64,000 nucleotides of DNA from an uncultured Methanobrevibacter sp. (GTDB taxonomy: Archaea; Methanobacteriota; Methanobacteria; Methanobacteriales; Methanobacteriaceae), in assembly GCA_946404245.1 (NCBI GenBank), contig CAMJCX010000001.1, forward strand, positions 23,836 to 87,835. The letters are read 5' to 3'. The translations under genes and the position numbers were made by a program. Shown here piece after piece: positions 1-9,681 of this stretch. The first letter of the stretch is position 1; each line of letters begins with the position of its first letter. The notes under the pieces are model-generated. The model was not told the DNA's origin. It searched no databases and saw only the letters and a program-made list of their open reading frames with translations.

Positions 1-1
1 C

Positions 2-1318
2 ATGGGATTGAACACTGAAATCAAAAAGATGGCCCGTGACGGAAAACCTATCATAGGAATCTGCGCAGGATTTCAATTATTATCCAACCAAATCGACATC
101 GGCAGAAAATCACCAGTGCCAATTGTTAAGGAAGGACTGGGCCTCATTGACGTTAATTTTTCACCGCTGATTACAAGCGACCGTGTTAAGGCAAAAGTAT
201 TTAATAACTCCTTTTTGGTGAAAAACCAGACTGAAGACGTTGACGGTTTTCATACACACACCTACGGAAAGGTGGAAGGGGACGCCAAACCGCTGTTCTA
301 CTCAAAAGTCCAGAGAATGAACTACGGTGATACAAATGAAGAAGGTGACTACAACATCTTTTCCGGCGCATGCAACGATGACGGTAATGTTATCGGTACA
401 ATGATACATGGAATATTGGATGAAAACCCGATTATCGTAGAAAACCTAATAGAACAAATAGATATAGATGACCTCGATGAAATTTACAATAGAAATTTAG
501 AAGTAAAAAAATATTTACAAAGCGAAGTGGGAATCAATACAGACATTAAGATACCTGCAGTTAAATCACTCAAGAAACCAAAATACTTGATGATTGGAAG
601 CAACGGGTCCGACTCCGGAAAAACTTTCATACTGACAGGACTTGCAGGTGCAATCAGAAAAAGAGGATATAAGGTTGCGCTTTTAAAAGTGGGTCCTGAT
701 GTACGTGACATCATACCTGGACTTTACTTGACAAAAGGAAAAATGGAAGACTTCGCATCCATCAAAATCGGACACCTAGGATGGTGCGACATAGAATCTA
801 CAGTCGCGAAACTCAACTCATCAGACTACGACATAGTGCTTATTGAAGGTGTAATGAGCGTATTCACCGGTCTTTTAAATGAAAAGGTACCGTTTTCAGC
901 AGCTGAAATAGCAATGTCATCAAACATTCCTATGATACTTGCCTCAGGAGTAAACAAGGGCGGTATCGAATCAGCGGCATTTGATCTGGTCTCCCATGCA
1001 AACATGCTTGAGAAATTCGGCGTTGACGTCAAGGCAATTCTTCTAAACAAGGTGTACAATGACGATATATTCGACAATGTGGTCCCATATATTCAAAACA
1101 ACACCAATGTCGAAAAAGTCTTGAAAATACCTAAACTAAAGAATGCCGACATGAGAGGATTCATTCCTGAAGTTGAAATCAGATACGAACTGTTTACATC
1201 ATATGCCATGGAACTGATTGAAAACAATTTGGACATTGATGAAATTATCGGCATGGCTCGTGAGGTTGAATTCAATAAAATCTATTCATTTGAAGAAATC
1301 AAAAGCAAAGTGATATAA
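2..1318 (+). CDS. CobB/CobQ-like glutamine amidotransferase plus CbiA-type P-loop ATPase protein (probably 5'-truncated by the window edge)
   Basis: GATase nucleophile motif GICAGFQLL and GTMIHG come first, followed by P-loop GSNGSDSGKT, KVGPD and IEGVM of the CbiA/CobQ/BioD family. Confidence 0.75.
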   Translation: MGLNTEIKKMARDGKPIIGICAGFQLLSNQIDIGRKSPVPIVKEGLGLIDVNFSPLITSDRVKAKVFNNSFLVKNQTEDVDGFHTHTYGKVEGDAKPLFYSKVQRMNYGDTNEEGDYNIFSGACNDDGNVIGTMIHGILDENPIIVENLIEQIDIDDLDEIYNRNLEVKKYLQSEVGINTDIKIPAVKSLKKPKYLMIGSNGSDSGKTFILTGLAGAIRKRGYKVALLKVGPDVRDIIPGLYLTKGKMEDFASIKIGHLGWCDIESTVAKLNSSDYDIVLIEGVMSVFTGLLNEKVPFSAAEIAMSSNIPMILASGVNKGGIESAAFDLVSHANMLEKFGVDVKAILLNKVYNDDIFDNVVPYIQNNTNVEKVLKIPKLKNADMRGFIPEVEIRYELFTSYAMELIENNLDIDEIIGMAREVEFNKIYSFEEIKSKVI

Positions 1319-1731
1319 TGGCTCTTAACTTAAGTCCAGAAACAGGCGTTAAACTTACAAAAAAAGATAAAGCACATCTTCTAAAGAAAATCAAACAGGG
1401 CTGGAAAGCAACCTGCCTAATTCCAGATTACATTTTTGACGATGACGGCAATATTCAAATAGGACTTGAAAAAAACCGCCGAATAGTGAGAATAGTCAAA
1501 ATCCTGGATGATGGAATACACATAGAAAAGGCACTTAAAACAAAGACATTAAGAATCAAATGGGAAAAAATAGCTTCAATAAACTCTTCAAAAGAAGTGA
1601 AAGATGGTTTAGAAATACAAATGCGTGACGGCAAGTATGTTACCTTTAGCATTTATAATTCCTATAAAATCAAACAAAATACTGAATTCATTGCTAATTA
1701 TATAGCGCAAAAGTCAAATGAGAGGAATTGA
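1318..1731 (+). CDS. Hypothetical basic protein (possible PH-like fold)
   Basis: 137-aa ORF coupled to the upstream gene (TAATG); no recognisable family motif. Confidence 0.6.
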   Translation: MALNLSPETGVKLTKKDKAHLLKKIKQGWKATCLIPDYIFDDDGNIQIGLEKNRRIVRIVKILDDGIHIEKALKTKTLRIKWEKIASINSSKEVKDGLEIQMRDGKYVTFSIYNSYKIKQNTEFIANYIAQKSNERN

Positions 1732-2415
1732 TTATTCCTCTATATATTTATTGATGATGTCTTCACCTTTAAGCAAGATAAGACCGTTTTCTTCTGCGTA
1801 TTTGCGAACCTTTTCAAGAGAGGTAGCCTGTCCGGTTTCACCATCCATCATTTCACAAACTACACATACCGGAGTGACACCAGCCATCTCACATAATGCA
1901 AGACCGATTTCTGTGTGACCTTGCCTATTTTTAACAAGACCTTCCGCTCCTCTTAAAAGACATACATGACCAGGGGATCTGAATGTTGCTCCAAATTCAT
2001 CAAATCTTTCTTCTTTCATCATGAGAGCTGATTCGCTGATGGTCATTGCTCTGTCATGGTCGGTTACACCGGTGAAAGATTTTCTGTGATTTACCCAAAT
2101 TGAAAATGATGACCTTTCATCGTATGGAATATCATTTGGTGCAAGTTTAGCAAGTTCCGGATATTTTTCGGTAGCTGCTTGCATGATATCAACCATAAAC
2201 GGCAAATGAATTGCATTACAATAATCAGGATGTAAACAATTGCAGATTAATCCTCCTGCATCATTTCTCATGGTTGCAATTGATTTAGGGGTTACAAACT
2301 CGGAAGCGATAATCATGTCGACTTCCCCTTCCCTTTCATCATTATCGAAAACTAGAACGAATTCACCATTTCTAATAGCTTCTAAAGCTTTATCTAAGTT
2401 AGATTCTTGATTCAT
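1732..2415 (-). CDS. ribB: 3,4-dihydroxy-2-butanone-4-phosphate synthase (archaeal type)
   Basis: Motifs DNDEREGEVD, TGVTDHDRA, FRSPGHV, RQGHTE, VVCEMM; SD GGAG upstream. Confidence 0.95.
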   Translation of the reverse strand: MNQESNLDKALEAIRNGEFVLVFDNDEREGEVDMIIASEFVTPKSIATMRNDAGGLICNCLHPDYCNAIHLPFMVDIMQAATEKYPELAKLAPNDIPYDERSSFSIWVNHRKSFTGVTDHDRAMTISESALMMKEERFDEFGATFRSPGHVCLLRGAEGLVKNRQGHTEIGLALCEMAGVTPVCVVCEMMDGETGQATSLEKVRKYAEENGLILLKGEDIINKYIEE

Positions 2416-2467
2416 AGTAACATCTCCATTTGTACTAGAACCAGGGCTAAAAATAATTACAATTTTA

Positions 2468-2596
2468 TTTCTTCTCTTCCATCCGGACTGTTACCGTCGG
2501 TTTTGGAATCTCACCAAATCAACACTTATTTGTGCTCGTGGACTTATTTTAAAAATCACCACCGGTAGGGAATTTCACCTCACCCTGAGAACGTAT
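2468..2596 (-). ncRNA. FMN riboswitch (RFN element)
   Basis: Minus strand reads TTCTCAGGGTGAGGTGAAATTCCCTACCGGTGGT...AGTCCACGAG...GATTTGGTGAGATTCCAAAACCGACGGTAACAGTCCGGATGGAAGAGAA, matching the RFN consensus, and lies directly upstream of ribB. Confidence 0.93.
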
Positions 2597-2611
2597 TATC
2601 AAATATATAAA

Positions 2612-2630
2612 TCATATATAAAATACTTTG
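2612..2630 (-). promoter_or_regulatory. Putative archaeal BRE/TATA promoter for the riboswitch-ribB transcript
   Basis: AAAGTATTTTATATA on the minus strand about 25 nt upstream of the aptamer 5' end. Confidence 0.55.
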
Positions 2631-2655
2631 TGGTGAAAAATTAAAAATAGAAATC

Positions 2656-2677
2656 GAGTGAAAAATTAAATTCACTC
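2656..2677 (-). terminator. Hairpin at the original 3' end of the interrupted membrane-protein gene
   Basis: Inverted repeat GAGTGAA-N8-TTCACTC overlapping the reconstructed TGA stop. Confidence 0.45.
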
Positions 2678-3334
2678 TTTATCTAAATCAAGCAAGAATA
2701 CCTTGACTTCTATAAGTCATGGATGAATTGTACAAATCGTGATTAGTTTTCAAATGCTCTCTGATGAATTTTAAATAGTCTCAATATAAAAAGAATAAAT
2801 GGCAATGACAAAAGTTTGTAAAAATTTTTTTTTTCAACGATGACCAAGTTAAAAAAAAGAAAACTTCAATCTGTATAAAATTGCCTGAACCTTCGGGACG
2901 AGGGGGATAGCACGGTAATCCTATACTCATTAGAGTATAAAGCCCGTGAAGTAAGAATCCTCAACTTCTACAAGTTGAGGTAGTTCAATGATTACAACAT
3001 CAAAAATCAAAGCTACAATACCGGCCACAATAGCCCCTATAATAGCTAAAGAAAAATCAACTTTAAATGGGAACAGCGCCGCCACATTTGGAGCTAAAAT
3101 ATGCGGAGCAATAAAACCGGATAAAACTAAAGCTATGAAACCTGCTATAAAACCGACAATCAATGCAGAGTCAATATTCTGGTCAATATAACCTGCTATA
3201 ATAGCCGCAATGACCATTCCAATGACAAAACTATATACTCCCACATTTAAAAATGCCAGTACCAATCCAATGACAAGTGCAATAATTGCCACAATTATTG
3301 AATTAATTGCAATCTTTTAAAAATCATATTCCAT
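2672..3334 (-). pseudogene. Four-TM membrane protein (DUF5518-like), disrupted by a nonsense codon and by the IS200/IS605 derivative
   Basis: GGTGA SD then ATG GAA TAT GAT TTT TAA AAG ATT..., an in-frame stop at codon 6 that continues into ORF 2930..3292; the present C-terminus is read from the element, and the reconstructed end is FDVVINLDKE*. Confidence 0.72.
2689..2988 (+). mobile_element. Non-autonomous IS200/IS605-family derivative (PATE/MITE), 300 bp, with omega-RNA-like right end
   Basis: Left-end hairpin CCTTGACTT-CTAT-AAGTCATGG (2701-2722); right-end hairpin CCTCAACTT-CTAC-AAGTTGAGG (2959-2980) preceded by GAAT and ending TTCAA; TnpB-tail-like remnant TFGTRGIAR* (2889-2918); no target-site duplication; removing the element restores the host reading frame. 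Confidence 0.82.
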
Positions 3335-3381
3335 TTATAATCACCATATCATAACATTTATTAAAAAATATATAAATGTAA

Positions 3382-3756
3382 TTAAAACTGGACATTCACA
3401 ATATCGCCGTCATCAAGATCAAGTTCATCCCTTAACTTACATTCGCTGATAAATTCCAAATAATTTTCTTCATGTGTAGTTTTTGCAGGAAAAACAATTG
3501 CACCCCTGATTTTGTCATTCAAAACAGCCTCAATAAATTTCACGGCACCGAATTCTGCGTCAGGCTTAATCAGATTTTCACATTCATCCTTGATTTTATT
3601 AATCTCATCCAAATGTTGCTCATCGACAACTATATTTAATGTTCCAGGATAGGGAACAAATCCTAAATTTTTCTCAAATTCCTTAGTGTAAAAATCCTGT
3701 GACAGGAAAAATGCAGCCTTTCCCAAACCGGTTGTAACTTCACCATCAATTTTCAT
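3382..3756 (-). CDS. ribK: CTP-dependent riboflavin kinase
   Basis: GEVTTGLGKAAFF, PYPGTLN, LEFIS..KLRDEL.L.DGD motifs. Confidence 0.92.
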   Translation of the reverse strand: MKIDGEVTTGLGKAAFFLSQDFYTKEFEKNLGFVPYPGTLNIVVDEQHLDEINKIKDECENLIKPDAEFGAVKFIEAVLNDKIRGAIVFPAKTTHEENYLEFISECKLRDELDLDDGDIVNVQF

Positions 3757-3981
3757 TAAAAACCCTCTATTTAAAACATATATATTACTCTTAAATGTTA
3801 ATAATATCCATGCTATTTTTAATTTAATGAAAATGTAATATATTTCATTAAAATTTAAACTAATAAATATAGATTTGATACTATAACTTAACCATTTTTT
3901 AATTAATAAATATTTTTGAAGAAATTTATTTATTATAAACTACATATTAAATAATGATAAAAATTTTACAGGGTAATTGAA

Positions 3982-5625
3982 ATGAAAATTAAAACTATCT
4001 CAACAGATGTATTGATAATCGGATCTGGTGGAGCGGGTTCAAGAGCAGCTATTGAAGTTGATGATGCGGGACTAAAAGCCATAATTGTATCAAAAGGTCT
4101 TTCATTCAGGTCAGGCTGTACCGGAATGGCAGAAGGAGGATACAATGCCGTTTTCAAGACCGTGGACAAGGACGACTCAATAGAGGCACACATACACGAC
4201 ACACTAAAGGGCGGAAGCTATCTCAACGACGAAAAGCTTGTCGAAATCTTAGTGAACGAATCACCAAAAAGGCTAATCGATTTGGAAAATTACGGCGCCC
4301 TGTTCGACAGACAGGAATCAGGTGAAATTGACCAAAGGCCATTTGGGGGACAGACCTACAGAAGAACCTGCTATCAGGGAGACAGAACAGGTGCAGAACT
4401 GTTGAATGCCCTTAAAGAAGAGATTATCAAAAGAGATATAGAATGCATCGAAGAGGTAATGATTACATCCCTTGTAACTGAAGGGGATGAGGTAATCGGT
4501 GCAACAGGGCTTGACCTAAAGGATTCAAGTCTGATATATTTCAAGGCAAAAGCTACAATTCTCGCAAGCGGAGGTGCCGGACAACTATACCCTGTAACAT
4601 CCAACACTTTCCAGAAAAACGGAGACGGCTATGCAATAGCTTACCGTGCCGGAGCCGATTTGATTGATATGGAACAGATACAGTTCCACCCTACAGGAAT
4701 GGTAGCTCCAGAATCCAAAAAAGGAGTACTGGTTACTGAAGCGGTAAGGGCCGAAGGCGGAAAGCTCATAAACAAGGACGGCGAAAGATTCATGAGCAAA
4801 TACGCACCTGAAAAAATGGAGCTTGCAACACGTGACGTCGTGGCCCGTTCAATCTATCAGGAAATCATCGAAGGCAGAGGTACCGAAAACGGAGGAGTCT
4901 ACCTGGACATTTCCCACCTTGACGACGACTACATCGATGAAAAGCTTGAGACAATGGTCCTGCAGTTTGACAACGTCGGAGTTGACATCAAACACGGCCC
5001 TATTGAAGTGGCTCCTACAGCACATCACTTCATGGGTGGTTTAAAGATAAATACCGACGGATCATCCAGCCTCAAAAACCTGTTTGGAGCAGGTGAAGTC
5101 TGCGGAGGAGTTCACGGTGCAAACCGTTTGGGAGGAAACGCACTGGCAGACACTCAAGTGTTTGGAAAAATCTCAGGTCAAAGCGCATCCGATGCTGCAA
5201 AGGACAGCGAACTTAAAAGCAACGATGAGCAAGTTGAACTTGAAGCTTCCAGAATTGAAGGATTAATCAAAAAAGGAACAATAAAACCACAGGAATTCAA
5301 AAACAGAATCAAGTCATTAATGTGGGAAAAAGTAGCTATCGTTCGTGATGAGGAAACACTGAATGAAGGGCTTAAAGAATTGCTTGAAATGCAAAAAGAA
5401 CTTGAAAACCTGGATGTCAGTGACAATAAACAGTACAATAACGATTTGGTAACCGCTCTTGAAGTAATAAATATGGTTGAAATCTGTATTCTAACCGTAA
5501 AGTCTGCAATATTGCGTAGAGAAAGTAGGGGAGCACACTTCAGATCTGATTTCCCTGAAACAAAAGACGAATGGAAAAAGAGTATTGTACAAAATAAAAA
5601 AGAAATAAAATTTGAAGCTAGATAG
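3982..5625 (+). CDS. tfrA: Thiol:fumarate reductase flavoprotein subunit A
   Basis: GSGGAG FAD motif, QFHPTG, TEAVRAEGG, HHFMGG, HGANRLGGN, RRESRGAH; lacks the covalent-FAD His (SGCTGMAEGG). Confidence 0.88.
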   Translation: MKIKTISTDVLIIGSGGAGSRAAIEVDDAGLKAIIVSKGLSFRSGCTGMAEGGYNAVFKTVDKDDSIEAHIHDTLKGGSYLNDEKLVEILVNESPKRLIDLENYGALFDRQESGEIDQRPFGGQTYRRTCYQGDRTGAELLNALKEEIIKRDIECIEEVMITSLVTEGDEVIGATGLDLKDSSLIYFKAKATILASGGAGQLYPVTSNTFQKNGDGYAIAYRAGADLIDMEQIQFHPTGMVAPESKKGVLVTEAVRAEGGKLINKDGERFMSKYAPEKMELATRDVVARSIYQEIIEGRGTENGGVYLDISHLDDDYIDEKLETMVLQFDNVGVDIKHGPIEVAPTAHHFMGGLKINTDGSSSLKNLFGAGEVCGGVHGANRLGGNALADTQVFGKISGQSASDAAKDSELKSNDEQVELEASRIEGLIKKGTIKPQEFKNRIKSLMWEKVAIVRDEETLNEGLKELLEMQKELENLDVSDNKQYNNDLVTALEVINMVEICILTVKSAILRRESRGAHFRSDFPETKDEWKKSIVQNKKEIKFEAR

Positions 5626-6922
5626 CTTCTTTTAAACTTTTTATAGCTTCACGGGCCTTTTCATAGATTTCCTGCTCATCCAAAACGGTTAATTTCTTAT
5701 TTTCCATTAATATTTTACCGTTACAGATGGTGGTATCTACATTAGAACCGTTTGCTGAGTAAATTACATTGGATGTCAATGTGGAACTGTCAGGAACCAT
5801 GTTGGCAGAATTTGTGTCAATTAAGATTAAATCTGCTTTTTTACCTACCTCAATAGAACCAATCTCATCATCCAATCCTAAAGCTTCAGCACCTTTAATG
5901 GTACCCATTGCAATAGCTTCATGAGAATTCAATACATTAGGATCGAGAGTTGATACCTTCTGAAGTAAGCTGGCGGTTTTTAACTCTTCAATTAAATCCA
6001 AATTATTGTTTGAAGAAGCACCGTCAGTACCGATTGAAACGCATATGCCATTTTCAATCAGTTTGGATACTGGAGCAATTCCTGAAGCCAGTTTCATGTT
6101 ACTGCATGGGTTGTGGGAAACCTTCACATCATTTTTCTTGATGATTTCTATTTCCTCATCGCTTAGCCAGACGCTGTGTGCAGCAACTACGTCAGGGCCT
6201 AATAATCCAATCTTGTCCAAATATTCAAATGGTCTGAGTCCTTTCTCAGCACTAACATCATTAATTTCCTTTTGAGTTTCAGAAACGTGTATGTGAATGC
6301 CCATATTGTATTCATCAGCCAATTGACGGGTTCTGATTAACAGTTCCTCTGAAGCTGTATACGGTGAGTGAGGGCCTAAAAATACTTTGATTCTGCCGTC
6401 AGCCATGCCGTTGCAGTTCTTGAACAATTCCAAGTTTTCGTTCAATTCTGCTTCCCTTCTTTCCGCATCGCCAAAGTCAATCATTCCGTAAGATAAAACA
6501 GCCCTTATGCCTGCCTCATCAACAGCACGTGCAACATCTTCCATGTAAAAGTACATGTCGGAAAATGTAGTTGTTCCTGATTTAATGAGTTCTACCGCTC
6601 CCAAAAGAGCGCCTATGTAACAATAATCACCATTGAGGTTAGCTTCCATTGGCCATATATGATCATTGAGCCAACTGTCCAAACTTAAATCATCCGCTAA
6701 ACCTCTAAATAAAGTCATTGATAAATGAGTATGAGTATTAACAAATCCCGGAAGTAAAATTTTTCCTTCCGCATCAATTATTTTATCGGCATTGCTTTCA
6801 TCGATTTCATCTGAAATTTCTGCGATTAAATCGTTTTTAATTAAAAGAGATTGTTTCTTTTCTTCAAAATTATTCGGGTTTAAAATAAATGCGTTCTTAA
6901 TTAAAATAGTATTATCTGACAT
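5618..6922 (-). CDS. dadD: 5'-deoxyadenosine / MTA-SAH deaminase (amidohydrolase family)
   Basis: PGFVNTHTH, PHSPY, HIHVSET, HNPCSNMKLASG, GTDGASSNN motifs. Confidence 0.8.
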   Translation of the reverse strand: MSDNTILIKNAFILNPNNFEEKKQSLLIKNDLIAEISDEIDESNADKIIDAEGKILLPGFVNTHTHLSMTLFRGLADDLSLDSWLNDHIWPMEANLNGDYCYIGALLGAVELIKSGTTTFSDMYFYMEDVARAVDEAGIRAVLSYGMIDFGDAERREAELNENLELFKNCNGMADGRIKVFLGPHSPYTASEELLIRTRQLADEYNMGIHIHVSETQKEINDVSAEKGLRPFEYLDKIGLLGPDVVAAHSVWLSDEEIEIIKKNDVKVSHNPCSNMKLASGIAPVSKLIENGICVSIGTDGASSNNNLDLIEELKTASLLQKVSTLDPNVLNSHEAIAMGTIKGAEALGLDDEIGSIEVGKKADLILIDTNSANMVPDSSTLTSNVIYSANGSNVDTTICNGKILMENKKLTVLDEQEIYEKAREAIKSLKEAI

Positions 6923-6961
6923 AATAACACCTAAAAAAAATAAAAAAAGTTAAAAACTTAT

Positions 6962-7168
6962 TTATAAGTTTTTAATTGCTAATTTAATATCTTCAGCTTT
7001 AATGGTTTTACGTTTTGCGATTTTAGCGACTTGGTTAGCTTCTTTAGCAACATCACGAGCAACTTCTTCTAAGTATGCAGCTAATTCAGCTTTTGCATCT
7101 TCGCTAACTCTTTCAGCACCAGATTCTTTAATGATCCTTGCAATAGGAGCTTTTGGTATTTCAGACAT
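6962..7168 (-). CDS. Archaeal histone (HMf family)
   Basis: 68 aa, MSEIPKAPIARIIK...ERVS...KRKTIKAEDI; SD GAGGTG upstream of ATG at 7168. Confidence 0.95.
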   Translation of the reverse strand: MSEIPKAPIARIIKESGAERVSEDAKAELAAYLEEVARDVAKEANQVAKIAKRKTIKAEDIKLAIKNL

Positions 7169-7389
7169 GTTTTTCACCTCACATAAGTTTAGTACTAACT
7201 TATGATTTACAGCCAAAATCATAAGTTAAATAACAATATAAGATAACTTAATATTTAAATATTTTGCAAAATTGTGCTCATATTTTAAAAATATAATTAA
7301 ATTATCTAAATAAATAAAAAAGTAATACTTAAAAGTATTTAAAAGATTATTAATAATATAATATAAGATAAAAAAATTGAGTGAAATAA

Positions 7390-8250
7390 ATGAAAATAAA
7401 AATTGCCGTTCCATCAAAGGGAAGAATAAGTGAACCTTCAATAAATATCTTAGAAAAAGCAGGTTTAGGATTAATTGATAAAAACAACAGAAAACTAATA
7501 TCCAAGACATTTAACGAAAATATAGAAGTAATGTTTGCAAGAGCTTCCGATATTCCTGAATTTGTAAATGATGGAGTTGCAGATATGGGAATAACAGGTG
7601 TAGATTTAATCAAGGAAAATGAAGCTGATGTCGAGGAGCTTCTTGATTTGAGATTCGGTCAGACAAAACTCGTTCTGGCCGCTCCCGAAGAGTCAAACAT
7701 CAATTCTGTTGATGACATTACACCGGAGATGAAAGTTGCTACCGAATTTCCTGTGCTTACAAGAAAATATCTGGAAAGCAAGGGGCTTGACCTGAAGATT
7801 GTAAAACTGAGCGGATCTACAGAGGCCGCACCATTCATTGGAATAGCCGATTTAATCACAGACCTGACAAGTACAGGCACTACACTGAAAATGAATCATC
7901 TCGAGATTATAGACACAATCCTGGAAAGTACCATCAAAGTCATAGCCAACAAGGAAAGTCTGGTTGACAAGAAAGAATTAATAGAATCCGTCAGCACAAG
8001 CATTAAAGGGGTTCTTGATGCAGACAGAAAGAAATTAATCATGATGAACGTTAAAGACTCTGATTTGGATAAAGTTAAAAAGGTTATGCCGTCCATGGGC
8101 GGTCTGACAATTTCTGAAGTATTATCCACTGAAAAAACAGTGGCCGTTCAGGCTGTTATTGATGAAAAACAAGTGTTTGAACTTGTAAACGATTTAAGAA
8201 ATGCAGGTGCAAAAGACATACTTGTTGTGCCTATTGAAAGAATAATATGA
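7390..8250 (+). CDS. hisG: ATP phosphoribosyltransferase (long form)
   Basis: [40 protein letters not shown] and the C-terminal regulatory domain. Confidence 0.95.
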   Translation: MKIKIAVPSKGRISEPSINILEKAGLGLIDKNNRKLISKTFNENIEVMFARASDIPEFVNDGVADMGITGVDLIKENEADVEELLDLRFGQTKLVLAAPEESNINSVDDITPEMKVATEFPVLTRKYLESKGLDLKIVKLSGSTEAAPFIGIADLITDLTSTGTTLKMNHLEIIDTILESTIKVIANKESLVDKKELIESVSTSIKGVLDADRKKLIMMNVKDSDLDKVKKVMPSMGGLTISEVLSTEKTVAVQAVIDEKQVFELVNDLRNAGAKDILVVPIERII

Positions 8251-8753
8251 ACATAGCAATAATACACTCCACATCAAGCAAATCAACGGAAAAATCCTGC
8301 AGAATACTGTCGGATAAAATCAATGCTGAAATTCAGCTGATACCAATTGAAAAAGCAAAAGCAGAGTGTATTTTAAAATACAATTACATTATCATTGCAT
8401 GTTCAGCCTATGAGGGCAAGGTGCAAAACGCCGTTAAAAGATATATTTCAAGAAACATCAGGACTTTGAAGGAAAAGCCGATTGCCCTGATTTTGAATTG
8501 TGAAGAGGAAACAGACATTAAAGAAAGATTAAAAAAAGCATTTACAGAGGAATTAGTGAATTCATCACTTGTCTGTTCAAACTTCGGATATGAGTTGGAT
8601 CCTGATGAGGGAAACATTATTGAAAAGAGAAAAATAAATAATATCATTGACAGCTATAAAAAGGAAGGAAAAAATTTGCCTTCTTTGAACATGAATGAAA
8701 TTGATAGGTTTGCCGATTACATTAATAACATGATTGAAAAAAGGGTTGATTAA
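8247..8753 (+). CDS. Flavodoxin-fold protein (HemG-like)
   Basis: N-terminal [14 protein letters not shown] is a degenerate flavodoxin phosphate loop; [11 protein letters not shown]. Confidence 0.6.
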   Translation: MNIAIIHSTSSKSTEKSCRILSDKINAEIQLIPIEKAKAECILKYNYIIIACSAYEGKVQNAVKRYISRNIRTLKEKPIALILNCEEETDIKERLKKAFTEELVNSSLVCSNFGYELDPDEGNIIEKRKINNIIDSYKKEGKNLPSLNMNEIDRFADYINNMIEKRVD

Positions 8754-9681
8754 AATTTTTAAACTAAAAAACATAATTTCAATAAAGGATTTTGAAAGAG
8801 AAGACATTGAATATATCCTTGATGAAGCGTCAAAATTAGAAAATGTCGCCAAATCAAAGGAGATATCTGAAGAATTGAAGGGTAAAATCTTGGGTTTGAT
8901 GTTTTTTGAACCTTCAACCAGAACAAGAATGTCATTTGAAACTGCAATGAAACGTCTTGGAGGAGATGGAATCGGATTTGAAAGCAGCGGATCAAGTTCA
9001 GTTTCCAAAGGTGAAAGCATTGCAGATACAGCAAAGATGTTTGAAGGATACAGCGATGCGCTGGTAATCAGACATGAACTTGAAGGAGTATCCAAATTCA
9101 TTTCAGACATTGTTGACGTTCCGGTCATTAATGCAGGTGACGGAGCAGGCCAACACCCAACACAGACATTACTTGACTTGTACACAATCAAAAAGGAAAT
9201 CGGCGAAATCGACAACCTGAAAATAGCTTTGATTGGTGACTTGAAATTCGGCCGTACTGTGCATTCACTATCAAATGCATTAGGATTATTCAAAAACGTT
9301 AAAATTTATTTGGTATCACCTCCTGAGCTTAAGATGCCTCAGGAAGTTCTCCATGACATCAACAAGACAAATGTCACATGGATAGAAACAGAATCAATTG
9401 AAGATGTAATCGATGATGTTGACGTATTATACGTAACAAGAATACAAAAAGAGCGCTTCGGTGACATTAACGATTATTTGAAAATCAAAGGTGCTTATAT
9501 AATAAATAAAAAAATGTTGGAAGGTAAGGACTTGATTGTAATGCATCCTTTACCTAGAATAGATGAAATCGACACTGATGTCGACAATACAAAATACAAC
9601 AAATATTTCACTCAGGCTGCAAATGCAGTTCCTGTGAGAATGGCTATTTTAAAAACATTAATAAAAAACAACCCTAAATAG
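8734..9681 (+). CDS. pyrB: Aspartate carbamoyltransferase catalytic subunit
   Basis: [32 protein letters not shown]. Confidence 0.96.
   Translation: MKKGLIKIFKLKNIISIKDFEREDIEYILDEASKLENVAKSKEISEELKGKILGLMFFEPSTRTRMSFETAMKRLGGDGIGFESSGSSSVSKGESIADTAKMFEGYSDALVIRHELEGVSKFISDIVDVPVINAGDGAGQHPTQTLLDLYTIKKEIGEIDNLKIALIGDLKFGRTVHSLSNALGLFKNVKIYLVSPPELKMPQEVLHDINKTNVTWIETESIEDVIDDVDVLYVTRIQKERFGDINDYLKIKGAYIINKKMLEGKDLIVMHPLPRIDEIDTDVDNTKYNKYFTQAANAVPVRMAILKTLIKNNPK

Noticed and set aside
2930-3292. ORF-track 120-aa protein taken as an intact gene
   Set aside because: Its GTG start is internal to a longer frame broken by TAA, and its C-terminus is read from the inserted element; reported as a pseudogene instead
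3823-3852. 10-bp inverted repeat TTTAATGAAA/TTTCATTAAA between ribK and tfrA
   Set aside because: Lies in extremely AT-rich DNA where such matches arise by chance; no second copy seen
6962-7222. 86-aa histone with an N-terminal tail
   Set aside because: The SD (GAGGTG) sits directly before ATG 7168; the extension is most likely untranslated, so no eukaryote-like tail is claimed
7226-7613. Short antisense ORFs here and the many others overlapping long genes in the ORF track
   Set aside because: They lie opposite well-supported genes or in AT-rich promoter DNA, lack SDs and family motifs, and look like shadow frames
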